Shown here in pieces: positions 26,748 to 35,460 of a stretch of 35,460 nucleotides of DNA. The stretch's first letter is position 1. The number at the start of each line of letters is the position of its first letter. Location: positions 1-35,460 of the forward strand of contig JANWHK010000076.1 in assembly GCA_025450395.1 (NCBI GenBank). The letters run 5' to 3'. This DNA is from Bacteroidia bacterium (GTDB taxonomy: Bacteria; Bacteroidota; Bacteroidia; NS11-12g; UBA955). Below the pieces are notes generated by a model that did no database searches, was not told where the DNA came from, and saw only the letters and a program-made list of their open reading frames with translations. The position numbers and the translations under genes were made by a program.

Positions 26748-27883
26748 ACTTTTTTTTCCAGCCATCGCGCGAGGAAACAATCATAAACCCTGTAATAAAA
26801 ACCCTGCTCATCTTTTTGTTTGTACACCATTTCCTTATTTAAAAGCGCTTCGAGGCTGCGTTGTACATTGGCAGGAGTGCCAAGCTGGTATTTCTGCATA
26901 AAGTATGTAGCGGAAGGTTGATAGACTTTGTCTTCGCCCGCTATGGCCTTTAACAGTTGCCATTGGTTGCCGGTCAAAAGGGTTCGGTACTGAAAAAAAA
27001 TGGGTTCGTTTTCCTGCAGCAGTTCGGCGGCGACCTGCTGGGCAATCTGTAGTGTGATCTTTTTATAGGCGCTTGCGAACAGCTTATTGCAGAGCGCCTG
27101 TGTATAATAGGTATGCATGCGGGTCCATTCCAGGATAAAGGCAATGGCATCGGGTGCGATATTGCGTTTGCGTTCCAGGAATTTCAGGGAGATGAAGCTG
27201 CTGTATTTTTCTGCTTTTATGGGTCCGAGGTACAGGGATTGGGTACTCGAGAAAAAAGGCCTTTTGGTATTGCCGAACATATCCGACAAAAGGTGCTGGC
27301 TGCTGCCGCTGAAGATGAAATGCACGTGTTTTAATTGTTGGATATGGCTGCGCAGCAATGCCTCAATGTTTTTTTCAGGGTAAAACGTGATTTGCTGGAA
27401 TTCATCAATGGCAATGATAATGGGCGTATTTTGTTTTTCAAGAAAATTGAACAGGCCGCCGAGGCTTTGTTCATATTGCTTGACCTGGGCAAAATCAAAA
27501 CTCACTTCGGGTGCGCCGCTCAATGGATCGAAACTCAGCGTGGGCCGGAAGGATTTCAGCAGCAGCAGGAATTTTTTGCCTATGCTGTTTTTTTCCGGGT
27601 AGATTTTCAATATGGCTGTTGCCACCTGGTTTGTAAAATCCCTGAGGGATTGCGTGGCATAGATATCTATATAGATGCCTTGTGCCTTTTTTTTCCGGAG
27701 GGCAGTGAATACGTGTTGTATCAGTCCGGTTTTTCCCATGCGTCTTTCCGACAGCAGGGTTGTGTTCACGCCGTTCATGGCGTTGCTGACCAATAGCTTG
27801 GTTTCTGTCTCACGGTCGCAGAACGTTGAAGGACCATGGTAACCGCTCACCGGAAAAGGATTGAGTTTGTCATCTATACCCAT
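26744..27883 (-). CDS. AAA+/archaeal-type ATPase with probable C-terminal winged helix
   Basis: NPF...FCDRETE, Walker A SERRMGKT, Walker B IIIAIDEFQ, FIFSGS, HTYYTQ, C-terminal YRVYDCFLARWL; start moved to ATG 27883. Confidence 0.88.
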   Translation of the reverse strand: MGIDDKLNPFPVSGYHGPSTFCDRETETKLLVSNAMNGVNTTLLSERRMGKTGLIQHVFTALRKKKAQGIYIDIYATQSLRDFTNQVATAILKIYPEKNSIGKKFLLLLKSFRPTLSFDPLSGAPEVSFDFAQVKQYEQSLGGLFNFLEKQNTPIIIAIDEFQQITFYPEKNIEALLRSHIQQLKHVHFIFSGSSQHLLSDMFGNTKRPFFSSTQSLYLGPIKAEKYSSFISLKFLERKRNIAPDAIAFILEWTRMHTYYTQALCNKLFASAYKKITLQIAQQVAAELLQENEPIFFQYRTLLTGNQWQLLKAIAGEDKVYQPSATYFMQKYQLGTPANVQRSLEALLNKEMVYKQKDEQGFYYRVYDCFLARWLEKKV

Positions 27884-27887
27884 CCCA

Positions 27888-27971
27888 CAAATATACAACA
27901 TTTTGCATTATACAAAATGTTGTATTGAAAAAATTAATTATACAAAATGTATTATGCAAAATGTTGTATTG
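27888..27971 (-). promoter_or_regulatory. ATPase promoter overlapped by nested inverted and direct repeats (operator-like)
   Basis: -7 TATATTTG (27888-27895); perfect 16-bp IR 27893-27908/27954-27969; 13-bp IR 27893-27905/27913-27925; ATTATRCAAAATGT x3. Confidence 0.8.
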
Positions 27972-27992
27972 GGATTTATCCCTTTGGCAACA

Positions 27993-28820
27993 TCACATCC
28001 TGTGCCTGATCCAGGTCATCTGCCTTTTGGCATAATTGCGGGAATGTTGCTTGATCTTGTCCGTTACTTCCTCTTTTGAGGCCAGGCCTTCAAAATAAGG
28101 CCACCACTCGTTGTAACCAACAGACTGCAAGGCATTCAGGTGCCTGTGTGCCGACAGTCCGCGGACCTCCTCCTCCAGCCCGGCTTCTACCATCTGGTCT
28201 ACCCGGCGGTTGATGCGTTCATACAGGATGTCCCGCTCACAATCCATCTTGATGATCTCGGTCTCGAACAGGTACTTGAAATCCGGCAAGCTTGGCTGAA
28301 CCTGGAAAGGTGTTTTCCCGATCTCTATGGCCCTTATCAGCCTTTGCGGGTTTTGTAGGTCGATTGTATTATACTTATGGATATTGAGCTCCTTCAACTC
28401 CTGCTGTAAGGCCTCAATTCCCTGCTCTTCCAGCATAAGGCCCAGCTCAGCCCTTAATTCATCGTTACGGCCGGGCAGAGGGTCCAGTCCCTTCAAGAGT
28501 GCCTGTATATAAAGACCCGTGCCGCCACAAACAACCAGGTGCTCATGCTTTTCAAACAGTTTATTGACCAACTGCCTGCCTTCTTCAGCATAGCGGCCGG
28601 CATTATAGGGTGCGTGAATGCTGACATGTCCTATGAAATAATGTTGTACGGCAGCGAGCTGTTCCTCGCTTGGCCTTGCCACACCTATGTTCAGCTCTTT
28701 ATAGACCTGCCGGGAATCCGCTGACAGTATCGGGCATGACAGTTCCTGTGCCAGCCGGATGGCCTCATCAGTTTTACCGACAGCAGTCGGCCCTGTAATG
28801 ACGATTATTTTTTTTGGCAT
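27993..28820 (-). CDS. miaA: tRNA dimethylallyltransferase
   Basis: GPTAVGKT, SADSRQVY, GGTGLY, SRNYAKRQMTW; ATG 28820 lies 9 nt after TATCTTTG (28830-28837). Confidence 0.97.
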   Translation of the reverse strand: MPKKIIVITGPTAVGKTDEAIRLAQELSCPILSADSRQVYKELNIGVARPSEEQLAAVQHYFIGHVSIHAPYNAGRYAEEGRQLVNKLFEKHEHLVVCGGTGLYIQALLKGLDPLPGRNDELRAELGLMLEEQGIEALQQELKELNIHKYNTIDLQNPQRLIRAIEIGKTPFQVQPSLPDFKYLFETEIIKMDCERDILYERINRRVDQMVEAGLEEEVRGLSAHRHLNALQSVGYNEWWPYFEGLASKEEVTDKIKQHSRNYAKRQMTWIRHRM

Positions 28821-28865
28821 GAGACACCGCAAAGATACTATTTTCACCGATAAGGCATATGCCTA

Positions 28866-29753
28866 TCACTCACCCAGGAGCTCTTCCCTGGCCGTTACCA
28901 ACAGCTTTTTTTCTTCAGGGCTCAGTTTGGGATAACTCAGGTTCAGTGATTCCAGTGTTTCCACGAGTATTTCCCCTAAAATAGCCCTGCTGATCCACTG
29001 GTCATCAGCGGGTACCACGTACCAGGGCGCATGACTGGTGGAGGTTTCGCGAATCATGTCTTCATATGCTTCCTGGTATTTGCTCCACAATTTTCTTTCC
29101 TGCAGGTCGGCATAACTGAATTTCCACTGTTTTTTCGGGTTGTCAATGCGTTCTATAAAGCGATTTTTCTGCTCATCCTTGCTGAGGTTCAGGAATATCT
29201 TGATAATGATGGTCCCGTTCTTTACAAGATGTCTTTCCATTTCATTGATGGCCCTGTACCGGTTTTCCCAAAACTTCTTGTCTATAGCCTTTATACTATC
29301 AATTCCGGGGATATGCTGGCCGGGTATCAATTCCCTGTGCACCTTGGTGATCAGGACTTCTTCGTAATAGGAGCGGTTGAACACGCCGATCTTGCCTCGC
29401 TCAGGAAGGTTTTTGTAGGTTCTCCAGATAAAATCATGGTCGAGTTCCTCCTTGCTTGGCTGCTTGAAACTCACCACATGACATCCCTGGGGATTGACCC
29501 CGCTTAACACATGTTTGATGCAACTATCCTTGCCGGCACTATCAATGGCCTGCAGGATGACTAAAATCGAATACCTGTCCTGGGCAAAAAGTTTTTCCTG
29601 CAGTCCTGATATCTTGTCTTTATATCCGGTCAGCTCTTCCTTGATCTGGGTCTCTCCCTTTAACCCATTCCTGTAATCTGGCTTAAAATCCTTTAACCTG
29701 AAGTTTTTTGCGCTGGAAACGCAGATGTTTTTGTTGTTTAAAATGTTTTTCAT
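28866..29753 (-). CDS. ppk2: Polyphosphate kinase 2 family (class III-like) phosphotransferase
   Basis: QAIDSAGKD, VNPQG, FKQPS..ELDHDF, FNRSYYEEVL, KQWKFS..D, PWYVVPAD. Confidence 0.93.
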   Translation of the reverse strand: MKNILNNKNICVSSAKNFRLKDFKPDYRNGLKGETQIKEELTGYKDKISGLQEKLFAQDRYSILVILQAIDSAGKDSCIKHVLSGVNPQGCHVVSFKQPSKEELDHDFIWRTYKNLPERGKIGVFNRSYYEEVLITKVHRELIPGQHIPGIDSIKAIDKKFWENRYRAINEMERHLVKNGTIIIKIFLNLSKDEQKNRFIERIDNPKKQWKFSYADLQERKLWSKYQEAYEDMIRETSTSHAPWYVVPADDQWISRAILGEILVETLESLNLSYPKLSPEEKKLLVTAREELLGE

Positions 29754-29761
29754 AATGAGGG

Positions 29762-30274
29762 TTAAAAGGCATACCCAATGCGTATCATATATGGTGCACC
29801 ATAAATATTGTTGTTAGGGGGATAAAGCAGGAGGTAATAGGCGGATATATATACACCTCCGCCTCCGGGCCTGTAACCTCCGCCTATCATGGCATAATGA
29901 CCAATGGTATTGCTGTAGGTCAGTATTTGGTACTCTGCCTGTGCGAATAGTTCGGGTATGATGGTGTATCTTGTAAAAGCATTGCCTCCATATACGATGA
30001 ACTGGTTATTCCCTGTAAACCTGTTATCCCTGTAATAAATGAAGTTTCCTCCAATCCCCTGGATAAGCTTGGGGGTGACCCTGTAACCGACCTGTGGCAT
30101 CAACTGGATATTGGTGATGGTGCCGAATGTAAAACCTCCCCCGATATTGTAAACCAGCCTTTCCTTAAACTTTAATTTCGACAGGTCTTCTTTTTCAGGT
30201 TCTTCATTTTGTGGGAGCGCAATGGGCGCTGTGTATAAAAAAACACAAAAAATTAAAATGTTTTTAAAATTCAT
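29762..30274 (-). CDS. Hypothetical small outer-membrane beta-barrel protein
   Basis: Signal peptide; Gly/Tyr-rich alternating strands; ends RIGYAF. Confidence 0.75.
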   Translation of the reverse strand: MNFKNILIFCVFLYTAPIALPQNEEPEKEDLSKLKFKERLVYNIGGGFTFGTITNIQLMPQVGYRVTPKLIQGIGGNFIYYRDNRFTGNNQFIVYGGNAFTRYTIIPELFAQAEYQILTYSNTIGHYAMIGGGYRPGGGGVYISAYYLLLYPPNNNIYGAPYMIRIGYAF

Positions 30275-30327
30275 TGCCTTACTTTTTCAATATTAGTTTA
30301 ATTTCGCGACATTAAAAAATAATTTAA

Positions 30328-31386
30328 ATGTCAAAAGTTCATAATTTTTCAGCCGGACCCTCCATACTACCTAAGGAAGTTATCGATGCATGTGTGGAAG
30401 GAATCCAGAATTTTTCGGGTACCGGCCTTTCAGTTTTAGAAGTCTCTCACAGGGGTAAGGAATTTATAGCAGTTGTAGAAGAAGCACAGGCAACTTTGAA
30501 AGAGTTGATGGGTATACCTGAAGGATATGAAATCCTCTTTTTAGGCGGAGGCGCCAGCATGCAGTTCCTGATGGTCGCGTATAATTTACTGGAAACAAAG
30601 GGTGCTTACCTGAAAACAGGTGTATGGGCTTCCAATGCCATCAAGGAGGCGAAATATATCGGCAATGTGGAAGTGGTGGCAAGTTCAGAGGATAAGAATT
30701 TTTCTTACATCCCTAAAAATTATACAATTCCTTCTGATGCGGATTATTTTCATTGTGCAAGCAACAATACCATTTATGGCAGCCAGATGCAATCATTCCC
30801 TGATAGCCCGGTCACCATGGTGTGTGACATGAGTTCAGACATATTGAGCAAACGTGTGGATGTGTCAAAATTTGGCCTGATATATGCCGGCGCGCAGAAA
30901 AACATGGGTCCTGCCGGAGTTACCGTCGTGATTGTAAGAAAGGATATACTTGGTAAGGTAAGCCGCCAGATCCCCAGCATGATGAATTACAAGGTGCATA
31001 TCGACAAGGAGACCATGTTCAATACCCCGCCTGTATTCCCGATTTTTGCCATGTTGCAGAACCTGAAATGGGTGAAAAAAGTGGGTGGTGTGGCTGAGAT
31101 GCAAAAAAGGGCAGCTGCAAGGGCCAATCTTTTATATGACGAAATTGATAATAATCCACTGTTCCAGGGAACTGTTGAAACCGGGGATCGTTCACAGATG
31201 AACGCCTGTTTCCTGCTAAAGGACACTGCACTGGAGGAAAAATTCAATGCTGCATGGAAAGCCGCGGGTATTTCCGGGATTAAGGGTCACCGTTTAGTTG
31301 GCGGATACAGGGCCAGCATGTACAACGCACTGCCTATAGAAAGTGTAGAAGCGCTGGTGAATGTGATGCGGAATTTTAACAAATAA
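30328..31386 (+). CDS. serC: Phosphoserine aminotransferase
   Basis: HNFSAGP, EVSHR, NNTIYG, DMSSD, YAGAQKN (PLP Lys), [19 protein letters not shown]. Confidence 0.98.
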   Translation: MSKVHNFSAGPSILPKEVIDACVEGIQNFSGTGLSVLEVSHRGKEFIAVVEEAQATLKELMGIPEGYEILFLGGGASMQFLMVAYNLLETKGAYLKTGVWASNAIKEAKYIGNVEVVASSEDKNFSYIPKNYTIPSDADYFHCASNNTIYGSQMQSFPDSPVTMVCDMSSDILSKRVDVSKFGLIYAGAQKNMGPAGVTVVIVRKDILGKVSRQIPSMMNYKVHIDKETMFNTPPVFPIFAMLQNLKWVKKVGGVAEMQKRAAARANLLYDEIDNNPLFQGTVETGDRSQMNACFLLKDTALEEKFNAAWKAAGISGIKGHRLVGGYRASMYNALPIESVEALVNVMRNFNK

Positions 31387-31413
31387 TATAATAAATTTAC
31401 ACAATAATTTTAA

Positions 31414-32367
31414 ATGAGAATATTAGCGAATGATGGTATAGACCAATCGGCAAAAACAGCCTTGGAAGCCAAGGGCTTTTCAATTGATACCAATAATATC
31501 CCCCAGGCTGATTTGCCTTCACGCATCAATGATTATGACGTATTGCTGGTGAGAAGCGCCACTAAAGTCACGAGGGAGATCCTGGATGCTGCACCCAACC
31601 TGAAACTGGTAGGCAGGGCCGGAGTGGGACTTGATAATATTGATACAGGTTACGCAAGGGAAAAAGGGGTTGCGGTTGTGAATACACCAGCGGCAAGTAG
31701 TACCAGTGTTGCAGAGTTGGTATTCGCCCACTTGTTCTCAGTCTGCAGGATGCTGCAATATACCAACAGGGAAATGCCTGAAAATGGTATTGCGGATTTT
31801 AATGCCTTGAAGAAAACGGCTTCGGCAGGTATTGAGTTAAAAGGTAAAACTTTGGGACTGATAGGTTTTGGCAGGATAGGCAGGGAAGCTGCACGTATGG
31901 CTTTTGGCCTTGGCATGAATGTGATCGCGTTTGACCCGATGATAACAGAAGCGGAAGTGGAGATCACCTTTCACAAGGACTCTGGATTGCCAACCATCAA
32001 AAAAATGATACAGACGATTTCCAAGGAAGAGGTATTGAAAAATGCTGATTTTGTAAGTCTGCACATTCCCGGCGGCCAGGGTTATGTCATTGCCGAGGCT
32101 GAACTGAACATGATGAAAAAAGGCTCCGGCCTTATCAATTGCGCCAGGGGAGGAGTAGTGAGTGAACATGACCTGGTGAATGCGTTGAACAGTGGTCATC
32201 TTGCTTATGCAGGCGTGGATGTATTCGAGAAAGAACCCCCGGTATTCGATGGCATATTGAAATTAAGGAATGTGTCCCTGACACCCCATATTGGTGCGAG
32301 TACAGCCGAGGCCCAAAAAAGGATCGGTGACGAAATGGCGGAGCAGATTATTGATTTTTTTAAATAA
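31414..32367 (+). CDS. serA: D-3-phosphoglycerate dehydrogenase (short form without ACT domain)
   Basis: VRSATKV, RAGVGLDNID, GLIGFGRIG, INCARGG, TPHIGAST; follows serC. Confidence 0.92.
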   Translation: MRILANDGIDQSAKTALEAKGFSIDTNNIPQADLPSRINDYDVLLVRSATKVTREILDAAPNLKLVGRAGVGLDNIDTGYAREKGVAVVNTPAASSTSVAELVFAHLFSVCRMLQYTNREMPENGIADFNALKKTASAGIELKGKTLGLIGFGRIGREAARMAFGLGMNVIAFDPMITEAEVEITFHKDSGLPTIKKMIQTISKEEVLKNADFVSLHIPGGQGYVIAEAELNMMKKGSGLINCARGGVVSEHDLVNALNSGHLAYAGVDVFEKEPPVFDGILKLRNVSLTPHIGASTAEAQKRIGDEMAEQIIDFFK

Positions 32368-32375
32368 GACGACCT

Positions 32376-33587
32376 TTGCCTCAAGTATTTCCCTTTAGGG
32401 CTTTATTGCCCTCGCCAGGGCTGGAAATGGAAGTTTCCGCCAGTACCCATGTTGACAGCGTGGAAAAGCAACTGCATATTGTGCAGAGCAATCCGCGTAC
32501 ATACCTGCATGTGGTAAAGCCGCACCTGAAATTCAACGAACCGAAAAATCCTGAAAAACATTTTCCTTATTCCGGGCAGGTGATAGAGAAGTTCATCGCG
32601 GAAAAGATCATGGTTCAGGATAACAAGGATTCCTTGTATGTGTATTGCCAGGTCAACCTGGAGAGCAATGAACAGTACCTCGGCCTTATCTGTAATGTAG
32701 CGGCTAAAGACTATTATGGAGGAAAGATCAAGGTACATGAAAATACACTGACTGAAAAAGAAAACCAGTTGATCGACCATATCAAGGCCTGTGGTGCAAT
32801 TGGTGAACCCGTATTGTTAACCCACTTTAAAGACAAGCGCATTGATGCCTTGCTGGAAGAAACTTTCAACAAGCAAAATCCGGATATTGATTTCACGGAT
32901 GAGATCAACCGCCGGCACCTCATCTTCAAGGTGAGCAGTGCTTCGCGTATCAGTGTTTTCCAGAATGCCTACAGCCGTTTAAAGGATTTTTACATTGCCG
33001 ACGGTCATCACAGAAGTGCGGCTTCTGCAGGTTATTATAAGCGGGAAGGCAATGAGAATGGCCATTATCTGGCTTTCCTGGTACCGGCCAACCATTTGCA
33101 TATAGATAGTTTTTACAGGGCATTTAAATCCGATACATCATTTAATGAATATGCCTTTATTGAACAGTTGAAATCAGATTTTGATGTGGTGGCATCAAAA
33201 AAGGCGGTTGTGCCCAAAAAAGCCAAACAGTTCGGTTTATATACCTCTGAAGGCTGGTACCGCTTGAAATTCAAGAAGAAGTTAAAACAAGCCAATGCCG
33301 TGCAGGAACTGGATGTTTCCATACTCGAGGATTATGTGTTCGATTCCATATTGCATGTAAAGGATTCAAAGACCGACACGCAACTGGCCTATATCAAGGG
33401 TGGCGTACCCATTTCAGTGATAGAAACTGCTGTAAAGAAAGGTGTTCATGACCTTGTGTTTACGGTTTATCCATGTGATATCGAACAGGTGTTCAGGATA
33501 GCGGATGAAGGGCTTATCATGCCTCCCAAATCCACCTATATAGAACCTAAGCTAAGGACCGGCCTGACAGTGCAATTGGTTGGATAG
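32376..33587 (+). CDS. DUF1015-family protein
   Basis: PFRAL, KVHENT, YIADGHHRSA, LDVSIL, MPPKSTYIEPKLRTGL; TTG start. Confidence 0.9.
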   Translation: MPQVFPFRALLPSPGLEMEVSASTHVDSVEKQLHIVQSNPRTYLHVVKPHLKFNEPKNPEKHFPYSGQVIEKFIAEKIMVQDNKDSLYVYCQVNLESNEQYLGLICNVAAKDYYGGKIKVHENTLTEKENQLIDHIKACGAIGEPVLLTHFKDKRIDALLEETFNKQNPDIDFTDEINRRHLIFKVSSASRISVFQNAYSRLKDFYIADGHHRSAASAGYYKREGNENGHYLAFLVPANHLHIDSFYRAFKSDTSFNEYAFIEQLKSDFDVVASKKAVVPKKAKQFGLYTSEGWYRLKFKKKLKQANAVQELDVSILEDYVFDSILHVKDSKTDTQLAYIKGGVPISVIETAVKKGVHDLVFTVYPCDIEQVFRIADEGLIMPPKSTYIEPKLRTGLTVQLVG

Positions 33588-33594
33588 CTCTATA

Positions 33595-33655
33595 TACATC
33601 GTACATCGTATGTCGTACATCACATCGTAAATCGTATGTCGTATATCGTACATCA
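33595..33655 (-). repeat. Heptamer tandem array between the convergent DUF1015 and DUF1456 genes
   Basis: Plus strand TACATCG TACATCG TATGTCG TACATCA CATCG TAAATCG TATGTCG TATATCG TACATCA. Confidence 0.9.
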
Positions 33656-33898
33656 TTCCCCCTCCTTCGCCTCCCGTCCTTCCATGGGTCCACGTTTGTG
33701 GATGATTAGCCCATTCAGGAAGTTTCGCAATATCTGGTCACCGCAGGCCTGGTAATTGGGATGGTCTTCACTGCGGAACAAGGCGCTTAGTTCATTGGTG
33801 CTGATATTGAAATTGACCAGTTTCAGTATTTCTATGATTTCATCATTTCTAAGATGCAGTGCCACGCGCAGTTTTTTAAGTATATCGTTGTTTGTCAT
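33653..33898 (-). CDS. DUF1456 (YehS-like) family protein
   Basis: MTNNDILKKLRVAL...CGDQILRNFLNGLII.KRG; TACTTTTG -7 box at 33925-33932. Confidence 0.9.
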   Translation of the reverse strand: MTNNDILKKLRVALHLRNDEIIEILKLVNFNISTNELSALFRSEDHPNYQACGDQILRNFLNGLIIHKRGPMEGREAKEGE

Positions 33899-34026
33899 GA
33901 GGGATTGATTTATTTTTGTGGATACAAAAGTACAAAAAAGGCTGAAACAAACAGATTAATATCAGGTGTGGTCTTAACGATGCACATACTGACTTTAAGT
34001 TTCGAGAAAAATATTTTTTTATAAAA

Positions 34027-34054
34027 TGCAACAAACGCATGATTTTAACTGTCT
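34027..34054 (+). promoter_or_regulatory. Candidate ECF-sigma autoregulatory promoter
   Basis: TGCAAC-N17-TGTCT upstream of the ECF gene; AAC at -35 is typical of ECF promoters. Confidence 0.45.
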
Positions 34055-34098
34055 ATTGGTAAGTATGAAGTCATGTTTTGGGATGTGGTTAAATAATA

Positions 34099-34683
34099 AT
34101 GCCTATTGAAGAAAAGCAGCGCAATAATAAGCATGAAGAAGCATTGATAAGGGCTTGCCAGCGTCACGAGCGCCTGGCCCAATCAGAATTTTTTCGCTTG
34201 TACTCCGGAAAATTCCTGGGTATTGCCTATCGTTTTGCCGGAGATTATGACACGGCCAACGATCTTTTACAGGAAGGTTTTATCAGGATTTTCAATCATA
34301 TTTCAGATTATAAGTTCCAGGGTTCCTTTGAAGGATGGATGAGGCGGATCATTATCAATACCTCCATCAATTATATCAAGCAACATGGCAAAATCATATT
34401 TGAGGAGATGGACCCGGAGCGTGATACCTTGTTTTCGGAGCCGGCTCCTGCACTAGAACAAATGAACTGTGAAGAGATCATCGAAGAGATAAACCGCTTG
34501 CCGAATGGGTTCAGGACCATAATCAACCTGTATGCCATTGACGGTTATTCTTATTCAGAGATTGCGGAAATGCTGGACATAAAAGAAGTAACGGTAAGGA
34601 CACAATATTTAAGGGCTAAGCAAAAACTGGCTTCGGCCCTTGAAAAAAAAAATATAATACACTATGCCTCAAAAATCATTTGA
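34099..34683 (+). CDS. ECF RNA polymerase sigma factor
   Basis: Region 2 DLLQEGFIRIF...GSFEGWMRRIIINTSIN; region 4 LP.GFRTIINLYAIDGYSYSEIAEML...TVRTQY.RAK. Confidence 0.95.
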   Translation: MPIEEKQRNNKHEEALIRACQRHERLAQSEFFRLYSGKFLGIAYRFAGDYDTANDLLQEGFIRIFNHISDYKFQGSFEGWMRRIIINTSINYIKQHGKIIFEEMDPERDTLFSEPAPALEQMNCEEIIEEINRLPNGFRTIINLYAIDGYSYSEIAEMLDIKEVTVRTQYLRAKQKLASALEKKNIIHYASKII

Positions 34684-35460
34684 AGAGCAATTAAGAGATA
34701 AGACAAAAGGTTTTTCTCCTGAGCCAAAACAAGGCTTATGGCAGGGGATTGAATCGCAACTCCTTCCGGAGAAAAAAGAAAAGCGCCGCGGCCTTCTGGT
34801 GCCGCTTGTATGTGGTATACTTGGAATTGCATGTCTTGTTTATGTTTTCAGGGATAAGACAGGTCCATCAGGTGAAATGACCTCGAAAGAGGTTCTGACT
34901 TTGGATAAAAACAATACTGCACCACATGAGCCAGGAAAACTCCAATCATCACCAAATCCGGATAAAGAGGAGCAAATTGCATCAGTACCTTCCAAGGGAA
35001 TTACTTCCCCTGAACATGATGTTTTGAAAATTCAGCGACAGGATGCAAAAAGTGAAGTTTCGCCAAAGTCAAAAACATTTATTGCCAGCAGGGATTTAAA
35101 AGTTAAAGCGAAAGCGCGTTCGGAGAAGACAGTATTGGATATCAGCGAAGATTTACCTGCTGTTGAGAATAAAACGGTCAATCCTACTCAAAGTCCTGAA
35201 GAAGTGCCCATTGCTGTGGAAGGCGCTCCTGTTGAAAATAAGGCAGCTGGAGAAAAAGAAACTTCAATTACTGTGGCCCCGGTATCAATCGATAGCCCGG
35301 TATCAATCGATAGCGGAGCGATTGCCGATCAAACGCAAAAACATGCAGACAGCGTTATGAAAATAGTGAAAACCAATACCATGAAGGAATATTTCGCACA
35401 ACCGATTCATAAGGTGAAATATATTGAACTGACATTGATTCCTGCATTTTCAGGATCCCG
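34664..35460 (+). CDS. Probable membrane-anchored anti-sigma factor (3'-truncated by the window; not in the ORF track)
   Basis: Translated by hand, no stop to the window end: MPQKSFEEQLRDKTKGFSPEPKQGLWQGIESQL...KRR + TM (GLLVPLVCGILGIACLVYVF) + long polar, Pro-rich linker; overlaps the sigma stop. Confidence 0.85.
   Translation, partial: MPQKSFEEQLRDKTKGFSPEPKQGLWQGIESQLLPEKKEKRRGLLVPLVCGILGIACLVYVFRDKTGPSGEMTSKEVLTLDKNNTAPHEPGKLQSSPNPDKEEQIASVPSKGITSPEHDVLKIQRQDAKSEVSPKSKTFIASRDLKVKAKARSEKTVLDISEDLPAVENKTVNPTQSPEEVPIAVEGAPVENKAAGEKETSITVAPVSIDSPVSIDSGAIADQTQKHADSVMKIVKTNTMKEYFAQPIHKVKYIELTLIPAFSGS
35278..35313 (+). repeat. In-frame 18-bp tandem duplication (PVSIDS x2)
   Basis: CCCGGTATCAATCGATAG x2, exact. 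Confidence 0.9.

Noticed and set aside
33595-33655. Heptamer arrays considered as CRISPR or mini-CRISPR
   Set aside because: 7-bp units with no unique spacers and no cas genes in the window.
35163-35360. 65-aa ORF near the window end
   Set aside because: Out-of-frame overlap with the longer open frame that starts at 34664.

Overview
A gene-dense, mostly housekeeping stretch of a Bacteroidota chromosome. The assignment rests on TAnnTTTG -7 promoter boxes, T9SS components, TonB/DUF4249 genes and A-rich starts that mostly lack Shine-Dalgarno (SD) motifs. About 35 CDSs are present: rpsA, recG, nusB-DUF1573-yajC-coaE, pdxJ, ktrA/trkA, lon, a PUR protein, porQ, a TonB receptor, GT2, an ABC permease, an AAA ATPase, miaA, ppk2, serC-serA-DUF1015, and an ECF sigma followed by a truncated anti-sigma-like ORF that the ORF track misses. 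I found no rRNA, tRNA, CRISPR array or transposase. Points worth a second look: (1) rpsA has a perfect SD and a TTG start on a very short leader, in a phylum that largely ignores SD, and also carries a C-terminal HhH domain fusion. (2) Five intergenic 7-bp tandem arrays occur at stop codons or promoters, two of them sharing an exact 24-mer 23.6 kb apart. (3) A nested inverted/direct repeat operator covers the promoter of a stand-alone AAA ATPase. (4) A coupled PorV-like barrel plus ComEA-type HhH barrel operon. (5) DUF1015 sits where SerB would be expected. (6) A probable dual-membrane-spanning anti-sigma. All family calls come from motif recognition by eye, not database searches.
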